Source: an uncultured archaeon (GTDB taxonomy: Archaea > Iainarchaeota > Iainarchaeia > Iainarchaeales > CSSED10-239). From it: a stretch of DNA of 32,000 bases. Below, piece by piece: positions 25,309-32,000 of this stretch. The stretch's first letter is position 1; every line of letters begins with the position of its first letter. The position numbers and the translations under genes were made by a program. The stretch covers positions 1-32,000 of the forward strand of contig CAZCAP010000004.1 of assembly GCA_964496765.1 (NCBI GenBank), given 5' to 3'. The notes below the pieces were generated by a model that had not been told where the DNA came from, did no database searches, and saw only the letters and a list, made by a program, of their open reading frames with translations.

Positions 25309-25937
25309 TTCTTTTCACCTTTCTTTTTTTTTGGTGATTTTTTTGTATCTTTCTTTGATTCTTTCTCATTATCTTTTAATTTCTTTTTTTCTTTCTTAGT
25401 ATCATATAATTGCCACTCTGGTTTACCTAACCCAAACCCTCTCATGGTTAACCCAATCTTTGTATCAGCAATTGATTTTTTAAAACTAATATTTGCAACT
25501 CTTGCAAGAACCTTATCCCCAACTATCAATGTTCTTTTACTTTCTTTTGCAACAAAACCAGGTAATTCTGGATTATAGGAATTAAAATCTTGCATTACTT
25601 GTGAAACATGACACAAACCTTCAAAAGGCCCAATACTTATGAATGCACCAAAGTCAGTTGCCTGTGTAACGTTACCTTGAACCATTTCATGAAGCTTTGG
25701 CATATAGGTTACTACCTGAAATTTAACTTTGAAAAAAACATTAGAATCACCAGGAATAATCTCACCAATATTATTTTCAAGAACATCTGTTACAAGAACG
25801 ATTAATCCAACATCTTTATCAATTACTCCTTCATAGTCTTTGCATAATTGATCAAGAATAATATCTTTTAATTCTCCAGATAAGCTTAGAGGAGAAACCG
25901 CAACAATTCCTTCAACATTGTATTTTTTATAACTCAT
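25305..25937 (-). CDS. rpoE: RNA polymerase subunit Rpo7 (RpoE') with a Lys-rich C-terminal tail
   Basis: N-terminal Rpb7-like fold plus an S1 domain (GNVTQATDFGAFISIGPFEGLCHVSQ). The last ~30 aa are KKEKKKLKDNEKESKKDTKKSPKKKKGEKK. Confidence 0.85.
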   Translation of the reverse strand: MSYKKYNVEGIVAVSPLSLSGELKDIILDQLCKDYEGVIDKDVGLIVLVTDVLENNIGEIIPGDSNVFFKVKFQVVTYMPKLHEMVQGNVTQATDFGAFISIGPFEGLCHVSQVMQDFNSYNPELPGFVAKESKRTLIVGDKVLARVANISFKKSIADTKIGLTMRGFGLGKPEWQLYDTKKEKKKLKDNEKESKKDTKKSPKKKKGEKK

Positions 25938-25956
25938 ATTATTTTCACCATCATCT

Positions 25957-26400
25957 TTATTCTAATATCTTATTAATTTTATTTACTCTCGTCTCGTGCC
26001 TTCCACCTTCAAAAGGGGTTATTAAAAATAATTTAACAAACTCCAAAGCCTCTTCTTTTGTAATAAATCTCGCTGGTAATGCAATTATATTTGCATTATT
26101 ATGTTCTCGTGCAAATTTTGTAATATCTTTATTCCAACAAAGGGCAGCTCTAACATCAGGATATTTATTTGCAACCATGGAAACCCCATTTCCTGTTCCA
26201 CAAATTATTATTCCTTTTTCATATTCTCCAACATTAATTGATTTAGCAAGTGGGTGAACAAAATCAGGATAATCAACACTTTCCTGTGAAAAACAACCAA
26301 AATCCTTTAAATCATACCCTTCCTTAGATAATTGTTCTTTAATATATTCTTTCATTAAAAAACCAGCATGATCCGATCCTATTGGGATTAGGTTATCCAT
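25957..26400 (-). CDS. rpiB: Ribose-5-phosphate isomerase B (RpiB/LacAB family)
   Basis: IPIGSDHAGF, CGTGNGVSMVANK and RAALC motifs; 147 aa. Confidence 0.85.
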   Translation of the reverse strand: MDNLIPIGSDHAGFLMKEYIKEQLSKEGYDLKDFGCFSQESVDYPDFVHPLAKSINVGEYEKGIIICGTGNGVSMVANKYPDVRAALCWNKDITKFAREHNNANIIALPARFITKEEALEFVKLFLITPFEGGRHETRVNKINKILE

Positions 26401-26421
26401 TATCTATTATCTCCTATAATT

Positions 26422-26829
26422 TTATTCTAATATTGCACCCTGTGTTTTTAGAGTAATTATCTTTGCATGTTTAAATCTTAATTTTTCTTTTAATATTTTA
26501 TCGTTCGTGTATATAATATAATCTTTACTGTAATATATTAATAAATTATCTATTTTTTGATATCTTTCACTTTTGTCCACTAATTCATTGGGAACATCTA
26601 TTACTTTATATTTCTCTTTAGCTTCAACTTTTTTTAAATATCTTAGAAGCATTTCTTTTCTTCTGGGTTTGTCCTTAAATACTTTTTCAACCTCACTATA
26701 GGTTTTATTAAGAATATAAAACTCTGCACTTGGAATTAATAGGGTAACTGCATCAAATATATCTTTTTGATTTTCATACATATAAATCAATATATTCGTA
26801 TCAATTAAAATTTTATTTGATCTGCCCAT
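26422..26829 (-). CDS. PIN-domain protein of the conserved archaeal Fcf1/Utp24-like type
   Basis: N-terminal ILIDTNILIY PIN motif. It sits between aIF2-gamma and Rpo7 and overlaps the aIF2-gamma 3' end by 17 nt. Confidence 0.7.
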   Translation of the reverse strand: MGRSNKILIDTNILIYMYENQKDIFDAVTLLIPSAEFYILNKTYSEVEKVFKDKPRRKEMLLRYLKKVEAKEKYKVIDVPNELVDKSERYQKIDNLLIYYSKDYIIYTNDKILKEKLRFKHAKIITLKTQGAILE

Positions 26830-28018
26830 ATCCAGATAATCTCCATCTACTGTTTACGTTTCTACTAATTGCAACCGTATCATTCTTATAATAAACACAG
26901 TCCTTATCAAGAATTAATTGCAAATCACTACCCTTAATCTTAATAATTGTTGCAAGATATGCAGCTGAACCAATAATTAAAACGATTTTTTCAGAAACCT
27001 TTAGTGGGGTTTGATTTGGTTCAATCAACCTATCAATCTTACTATAATTTAAATTAATTTTGGATGAAATTTCTGGTTTATTTGTATCTGAACAAATTAA
27101 TTGTCCAACCATACGATCAGAAAAGCAATAGAATGAATCAATTTCTGTTCCAACAGCAATAAGCCCACCTGGCCTTACTGATTTATAATTAATACCATTT
27201 GAATTTAATGATTTAATTGTTATTTGGATTGGTTTTGTAATTCCTGGATATAACCAAACCTTATCCCCTACACTTAGGGTTCCTTCCAATATTGCCCCAC
27301 CAAGAACACCACCCACTAGCTTTTCAAGGTCTGTGCTTGGTTTATTAACATCAAATGACCTAACAACCTGCATTTTAAGTGGGAGTTGATCATTATATTC
27401 AGGTGTTGGTATTTTACTTACTAGTGCATAAACTAATGCATCTATATTTGTATCAAAATGAGCTGATGTTGGAATTATTGGTGCATCCTTATATCCCACT
27501 TCATCTAAGAATGCTCTTAATTTTTCGTAATTTTCAATAGCTTTTTCTTTTGGAACAAGATCAATCTTATTCTGTGAAATAACTATATTTTTTATGCCAT
27601 GCATTTTAAGTGCTAAGATATGTTCAACTGTTCTTGGTTGTGGGCACTCCTCGTTTGCTGCAACAACCACGATTGCTCCATTTAGGAGGGTTGCACCAGA
27701 CAACATAACAGCCATTAATGTTTCGTGACCAGGAGCATCAACAAATGAAACTCTTTTTATAAAATCAGTTTTACTTCCACAAAGTGCACAAACATTTTTT
27801 GTACCATAGGCAGAAATTCCAACACACTTTGGACAATGATAAAAATCAGCATCCGCATATCCTAGTCTTATGGATATCCCCTGTTTAATTTCATCAGAAT
27901 GTCTATCTGTCCATTTTCCAGTTAATCTTGAGGTCAAAGTGGTTTTACCATGATCAACATGACCAACAACCCCAATATTAACCTCTGATTGTATTTCTTT
28001 TACCATTTTCATTATCAC
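26813..28018 (-). CDS. eif2g: Translation initiation factor aIF2 gamma subunit
   Basis: GTPase motifs GHVDHGKTT, DAPGH, NKID; zinc knuckle CPKC...CALCG. The exact start is uncertain (GTG 28018, ATG 28012 or 28006). Confidence 0.9.
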   Translation of the reverse strand: MIMKMVKEIQSEVNIGVVGHVDHGKTTLTSRLTGKWTDRHSDEIKQGISIRLGYADADFYHCPKCVGISAYGTKNVCALCGSKTDFIKRVSFVDAPGHETLMAVMLSGATLLNGAIVVVAANEECPQPRTVEHILALKMHGIKNIVISQNKIDLVPKEKAIENYEKLRAFLDEVGYKDAPIIPTSAHFDTNIDALVYALVSKIPTPEYNDQLPLKMQVVRSFDVNKPSTDLEKLVGGVLGGAILEGTLSVGDKVWLYPGITKPIQITIKSLNSNGINYKSVRPGGLIAVGTEIDSFYCFSDRMVGQLICSDTNKPEISSKINLNYSKIDRLIEPNQTPLKVSEKIVLIIGSAAYLATIIKIKGSDLQLILDKDCVYYKNDTVAISRNVNSRWRLSGYGQIK

Positions 28019-28020
28019 AT

Positions 28021-28182
28021 CTATTTTATTTTTTTTATAGTAATTTTTCCTGCCATATATTTTTTTTTAATTCTTTTTGCTCTATTTTTATTTGAGGAAC
28101 CAGTTAGTTCGTATTCATTCCCTAATCTTAAAAGTTCTGGTTTTGGAATTCTTTTTCTAGGTAATCTTCCAGGTAGAGGCAT
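28021..28182 (-). CDS. Unlisted 53-aa basic ORF between S6e and aIF2-gamma
   Basis: ATG at 28182 (13 nt after the S6e stop) and TAG at 28021-28023 (2 nt before the aIF2-gamma GTG). MPLPGRLPRKRIPKPELLRLGNEYELTGSSNKNRAKRIKKKYMAGKITIKKIK. It exactly fills an otherwise empty 176-nt gap in a tight operon. Confidence 0.4.
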   Translation of the reverse strand: MPLPGRLPRKRIPKPELLRLGNEYELTGSSNKNRAKRIKKKYMAGKITIKKIK

Positions 28183-28194
28183 AAATTGTCACCA

Positions 28195-28617
28195 TCATTT
28201 CTTTTTACCCATTGGTTTTGGAATAGTGTCTTCTTTTACTTCTGCTTTTGATTTTTTATGTTTTTCTTCTAGAGTTTTTGTTGTACCTGCAATTATCCTC
28301 ATATTTACTTGTTGAATTGTATTATCAATTATTCTTCCAATAATTCTTTTCTTTCTTCTTTCTCCCTTTCTTGTGGGTCTAAAGCCAATTCCTCTTGTTA
28401 ACAACACTCTCTTACTTCCTGTTTGATCAAGTGTTGCAATCATAGGGAATCCTTGTTTATTTGATCCACCTGTAATAATTCCTTTAAGTCCTGCTTCAAT
28501 AAAAGATAAATCAACTTCATCTTTTATCTTCTTACCAAGAAGAGTAAGCATTGTTTTTTCGTCTGCCTCAACAGAATATGTTTGTGCTGATTTTGAATCA
28601 GATATGTTTAACTTCAT
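28195..28617 (-). CDS. rps6e: Ribosomal protein S6e
   Basis: MKLNISD...GFPM...RVLLTRGIGFRP..KGERRKK pattern. ATG at 28617 with a GGTG SD is preferred over the track GTG at 28629. Confidence 0.9.
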   Translation of the reverse strand: MKLNISDSKSAQTYSVEADEKTMLTLLGKKIKDEVDLSFIEAGLKGIITGGSNKQGFPMIATLDQTGSKRVLLTRGIGFRPTRKGERRKKRIIGRIIDNTIQQVNMRIIAGTTKTLEEKHKKSKAEVKEDTIPKPMGKKK

Positions 28618-28701
28618 ATTATAATACACCTCTTATTATTTCAAATCCTAATTTATATTTTTTATTCTAATTATTGGTTATTTATCCAAGAAATATAACA
28701 A

Positions 28702-30456
28702 CTATTTTTCATCTTGTACTTTGTATCTTCTTTTTTGTGCTTCCTGTATTAATTTTTCTTCATCACCAGTAAACTGGAGCCCAATCTCTTCAAGCTTTTT
28801 AATATCTTCAAGAGAAATATTAACTGTAAACACAGAATCTTCTGTGAAATCCTTTAGGTAAGTTACTCCCTTAACTGAAATTGCTGCTTCTTTATCGTAA
28901 TCTAAAGAAATAAGCTTGTTACCTTCTGTTTGAATTCCTTCAACAATACCAAACTCTTTTCCATCTTTATCAAGCAAAGTGGTTCCTGGAACTAATTTAC
29001 CAGCTAAAACTTTAACTCCAAAGATTGCGGGTTTACTTACTCTAAATATACAATTTTTTACAACCTTAATCTTACAAGGATATACAATTTCTTTTAATAA
29101 CTTATCTTTTTCTTGCCTGTTTAATTTAATAAGCCAAGCCTCATAGTCTTCTATTAATTTATATATAATATTGTTTTTAAATATAGGGATATTGCTCCCT
29201 ATTGCTTCTTCTTCAAGTTCCTTTGATATATTTGAATTAAATAAAAATAAAACACCTTTCTTTGGATCTCTCTCATTAATTATTTTTAATTCCATTATAT
29301 CTTTATTTGTAACATCTCCGATATCTGATCTTGCAATGCAGATGAAACTTTTCCCCATTAATTTAATTAATGCTTCTAAAGATCCTAATGTATCTGATTT
29401 AACAAACGCACCCTCTGCCTCTCCATTCGTGATTACACAAGATAATGGTTTTGTTTTTAATGTTTCTATTGCTTCCCTATCATCACAGGAAACAATTACA
29501 CTTCCTGGGATGCATTGATCTAGGCTTGGTGCAACAATCTTAACTCCAGATGCAGCAGATACAAAATCTACATTCTTATAATCTCTTTTTTTATTTACAG
29601 CAGACATTACATCTAATTTTAATAGAGCTTTTATTTTAGTTTCAATAACTCCAGATTTGGATATAAATGCAATTTTATCTTTAACTCTTAATATTCCTTG
29701 ATAAACTATAATATCTGCAGTTGAGCCTACGCCTTTAATTTCTCCAGATTCAAGTATTGTTCCCTGTGCATAATCTTTTTCATCTAACTCTAATTTAGTT
29801 CCTAAAAATTTTTGAGATAATGTTGCTAGGAAAAGAATAGATTCTGATAATCCATAACATTTTTCAGCAGATATTGGAATGATTGTAACTTGTTTTTTAA
29901 AGTCTGTAACCCTATCAAATCTTTCAGCAGCAAAACCATGATTATATAATTGTCCAACAATTTTATAGATTTGTTCATCAAGTCTTTCTGAAACTGATTT
30001 TGATTGTTTTTCAAGAACACTAGATATATCATTACCTTCCTGATACCAACCCTGTAGAAGATCAACCTTGTTTGCAACAACAATAAATGGTACCTTATAC
30101 ATTTTCAATATATTTAATGTTTCTATATCTTGTGCTTGAAGGCCTTTTATAATATCAACAACTAGGACAACAAGATCTGCTAAGCTCCCTCCTCTTTCAC
30201 GAAGATTATCAAATGCATTATGTCCAGGAGTATCAATAAACAATAATCCAGGGATTGTAACTTCAAATTTAAATTTTGTTAATAGGTGACCACAACTATG
30301 TATGATTGTATCATAGGTAATTTCTGTAGCCCCAATGTGTTGTGTTATTCTACCAGGCTCTTTATCTGTAATACAGGTTCCTTTTATCTTATCTAGAAAA
30401 GTTGTTTTTCCAGAATCGATGTGACCCATGATTGTAATTATTGGTTGTCTATACAA
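28702..30456 (-). CDS. infB: Translation initiation factor aIF5B (IF-2 homolog)
   Basis: GHIDSGKTT, DTPGH, NKVD GTPase motifs; 584 aa. TTG start with a GGTGA SD 7 nt upstream. Confidence 0.9.
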   Translation of the reverse strand: MYRQPIITIMGHIDSGKTTFLDKIKGTCITDKEPGRITQHIGATEITYDTIIHSCGHLLTKFKFEVTIPGLLFIDTPGHNAFDNLRERGGSLADLVVLVVDIIKGLQAQDIETLNILKMYKVPFIVVANKVDLLQGWYQEGNDISSVLEKQSKSVSERLDEQIYKIVGQLYNHGFAAERFDRVTDFKKQVTIIPISAEKCYGLSESILFLATLSQKFLGTKLELDEKDYAQGTILESGEIKGVGSTADIIVYQGILRVKDKIAFISKSGVIETKIKALLKLDVMSAVNKKRDYKNVDFVSAASGVKIVAPSLDQCIPGSVIVSCDDREAIETLKTKPLSCVITNGEAEGAFVKSDTLGSLEALIKLMGKSFICIARSDIGDVTNKDIMELKIINERDPKKGVLFLFNSNISKELEEEAIGSNIPIFKNNIIYKLIEDYEAWLIKLNRQEKDKLLKEIVYPCKIKVVKNCIFRVSKPAIFGVKVLAGKLVPGTTLLDKDGKEFGIVEGIQTEGNKLISLDYDKEAAISVKGVTYLKDFTEDSVFTVNISLEDIKKLEEIGLQFTGDEEKLIQEAQKRRYKVQDEK

Positions 30457-30540
30457 TAGTTTTCACCAGGTTTAAATTATTAAAATTAATTTCTAATTAC
30501 AAGAAAAAAAATTAAAAAAGAAAAAATGGAATTACTGTGT

Positions 30541-30747
30541 TCATTCATTTTTCTTTTGCCCTCTACCTTGTCTTTTCTTTTCAATATGATAGGTTTCAGT
30601 CCATCTTGTTTTATGAGACTTGTATTTTTTATCAAGTGTATTCTTTTTACACTTTGATGAGCAAAAGTTACTTACAGTTCCTTCTTTCTTTGCATACACA
30701 ATTCCTGTTCCTTTAGGAATTTCCTTTCCGCAGAATGTACATTTCAT
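30541..30747 (-). CDS. rpl24e: Ribosomal protein L24e
   Basis: MKCTFCGKEIPKGTGIVYAKKEG...FCSSKC zinc-ribbon signature. Confidence 0.9.
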   Translation of the reverse strand: MKCTFCGKEIPKGTGIVYAKKEGTVSNFCSSKCKKNTLDKKYKSHKTRWTETYHIEKKRQGRGQKKNE

Positions 30748-30763
30748 ATTTAGTTACCCCTTT

Positions 30764-30973
30764 TTAATGGACTCTTATGTCCTTTGCTTCTGTTTCTGGG
30801 TTCATTAAGATAAGGATATCTCCCTTACTTACTGTTCCACGTACATTTCTTTTTTTGATACGGCCTTTTTCATAACCATCAAGAATCTTACAAAGAACTT
30901 GTGTAGCTTCTCCACGTGAACCTGTTCTACCTACAATTTCTACGATTTCAGCAGGTATACCTTCTTCAGCCAT
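30764..30973 (-). CDS. rps28e: Ribosomal protein S28e
   Basis: PAEIVEIVGRTGSRGEATQVLCKIL...GRIKKRNVRGTVSKGDILILMNPETEA; 69 aa; AAGGAG SD. Confidence 0.9.
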   Translation of the reverse strand: MAEEGIPAEIVEIVGRTGSRGEATQVLCKILDGYEKGRIKKRNVRGTVSKGDILILMNPETEAKDIRVH

Positions 30974-30996
30974 ATAGATCTACTCCTTTATTTCTT

Positions 30997-31173
30997 TTAT
31001 TCAGCTTTTGGTTCTTCAGCTTTTGGTTCTTCAGCTTTTGGTTCTTCAACCTTTGGTTCTTCAACCTTTGGTTCTTCAACTTTTGTTTCTTCAACTTTTG
31101 TTTCTTCAACTTTTGGTTCTTCAACTTTTGGTTCTTCAACTTTTGTTTCTTCAACTTTTGTTTCTTCAGTCAT
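30997..31173 (-). CDS. Stand-alone repeat-only ORF (58 aa): MTE-(ETKVE)2-(EPKVE)2-(ETKVE)2-(EPKVE)2-(EPKAE)3
   Basis: ATG at 31173 is preceded by the same AAGGAG-containing leader as S28e. TAA at 30997-30999. Not in the ORF track (under 60 aa); the track instead lists a TTG-initiated alternative frame. Confidence 0.45.
   Translation of the reverse strand: MTEETKVEETKVEEPKVEEPKVEETKVEETKVEEPKVEEPKVEEPKAEEPKAEEPKAE
31000..31164. repeat. 15-nt tandem repeat, 11 units (TTC-A[GA]C-[CT]TT-TG[GT]-TTC on the + strand)
   Basis: Counted directly from 31000 in 15-nt steps, with a higher-order 60-nt (2+2 unit) pattern. Confidence 0.95.
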
Positions 31174-31197
31174 ATAAATCTAACTCCTTTATTTTTT

Positions 31198-31857
31198 TTA
31201 TTCAGCCTTTGGTTCTGCAACCTTATGCTCAACTTTTGGTGCTTCCTTGTGTTCAACCTTTGGTTCTACAACCTTATGCTCAACTTTTGGTGCTTCCTTA
31301 TGTTCAGCCTTTGGTTCTACAACCTTATGCTCAACTTTTGGAGCTTCCTTGTGTTCAGCCTTTGGTTCTACAACCTTATGCTCAACTTTTGGAGCTTCCT
31401 TGTGTTCAGCCTTTGGTTCTACAACCTTATGCTCAGCTTTTGGTGCTTCCTTGTGTACAGGTGCTTTATGTTCAGCCTTTGGTGCTTCCTTGTGTTCAGT
31501 TATTTCCTGAATCTTACCAATAAGTGATTGTAATTCTTTTGTTACAACTCCAGCATCCATTACAGCTATACAACTAGCTTTTGCAGAAATTCCAACTGCT
31601 TTTCCAAGATCATCCTTTGTTTTCACATAGGTGTATGGAATGTTTTTTTCTTTTGCAATTACAGGGATGTGCATTACGATTTCAACAGGTGTAACATCTT
31701 CAGCAATAACAACTAATTTAGCTGTATTTCTTTCAATTGCTTTAGTAACTTCATTTATACCTATCTTTATCTTACCTGATTTTGCAATTTTTTTAAGAGT
31801 CTCATCTTGAAGAGATCTTAAATCCTCTGATACAGAAAACTTTATGTAATCTGACAT
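31198..31857 (-). CDS. rpl7ae: Ribosomal protein L7Ae (K-turn binding) with an ~100-aa C-terminal repeat extension
   Basis: The core (KIGINEVTKAIERNTAKLVVIAEDVTPVEIVMHIPVIAKEKNIPYTYVKTKDDLGKAVG) is canonical L7Ae. Residues ~119-219 are 17-aa HKEAPKVEHKVVEPKAE repeats. GGAGGT SD. Confidence 0.9.
   Translation of the reverse strand: MSDYIKFSVSEDLRSLQDETLKKIAKSGKIKIGINEVTKAIERNTAKLVVIAEDVTPVEIVMHIPVIAKEKNIPYTYVKTKDDLGKAVGISAKASCIAVMDAGVVTKELQSLIGKIQEITEHKEAPKAEHKAPVHKEAPKAEHKVVEPKAEHKEAPKVEHKVVEPKAEHKEAPKVEHKVVEPKAEHKEAPKVEHKVVEPKVEHKEAPKVEHKVAEPKAE
31201..31455. repeat. 51-nt tandem repeat, 5 full units plus a degenerate partial unit up to ~31500, in frame within the L7Ae 3' end
   Basis: Units begin at 31201, 31252, 31303, 31354 and 31405, with only a few substitutions between them. 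Confidence 0.95.
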
Positions 31858-32000
31858 AATACTTCTACCTCCATGGTTTTGTCATCGGTTTTTTTGTTAA
31901 AAAATAGCTTTAACTATATATATTATATATAGGGAAAAGTATATAAATAGATAGATGAAAAAGAAAAAGAAAAAATTAAATTATTGAAAAAAGCAATTCT

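Noticed and set aside
26422-26829. PIN-domain gene as a VapC toxin of a toxin-antitoxin pair
   Set aside because: There is no adjacent antitoxin-sized gene. It overlaps aIF2-gamma and occupies the position of the housekeeping Fcf1/Utp24-like PIN protein in the archaeal super-operon.
30916-31527. Plus-strand ORFs (203, 171 and 87 aa) and the minus-strand ORF 30966..31154 (MKKQKLKNQKL...)
   Set aside because: They are alternative-frame or antisense readings of the tandem repeats. The minus-strand track ORF starts at TTG with no SD and overlaps the S28e start. The frame starting at ATG 31173 with the AAGGAG leader is preferred.
1-32000. Search for mobile elements, prophage genes, restriction-modification, Cas, or known defence modules
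   Set aside because: No integrase, transposase, terminal inverted repeats, direct-repeat flanks at the tRNAs, or defence-associated domains were recognised. The window reads as core chromosome plus envelope genes.

Overview
AT-rich (about 30% GC by eye), very gene-dense archaeal chromosome segment. GatDE, Alba, aIF2-gamma, aIF5B, L7Ae/S28e/L24e, Spt4/Rpo7 and a geranylgeranyl reductase identify it as archaeal. The small proteins and compact layout suggest a reduced-genome, uncultivated (DPANN-like) lineage, but that is inference only. Left to right: a partial tRNA-Ile and a tRNA-Gln(UUG); three tiny ORFs, two of them paralogous and absent from the ORF track; a HIT hydrolase; gatE-gatD; a GtrA-like protein; an overlapping tldD-pmbA-x-nth operon. 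Then a minus-strand envelope/glycan operon: family II pyrophosphatase-like DHH protein, GT-C glycosyltransferase, processive GT2 synthase, membrane-anchored partner, His-rich protein. Then a 488-aa ORF that looks like a family-B DNA polymerase lacking its exonuclease domain and catalytic motifs; Alba; a geranylgeranyl reductase abutting a 1198-aa surface protein; TraB; a 308-nt non-coding spacer; an orphan ThrRS-type anticodon-binding-domain protein; and a CPBP protease. The right end is the conserved archaeal translation/transcription super-operon: L7Ae, S28e, L24e, aIF5B, S6e, aIF2-gamma, PIN, Rpo7, Spt4, S24e, S27ae. I found no CRISPR array, transposase, integrase or recognisable defence system. 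The most unusual items are: (1) the miniaturised, probably inactive PolB-like gene; (2) near-perfect in-frame Lys/Glu/Pro tandem repeats on S24e and L7Ae, plus a ~200-nt duplication of the L7Ae/S28e junction that created a stand-alone repeat-only ORF with its own Shine-Dalgarno; (3) the stand-alone ThrRS anticodon-binding domain; (4) several unlisted micro-ORFs. All homology calls rest on motif recognition by eye and need profile or structure searches.
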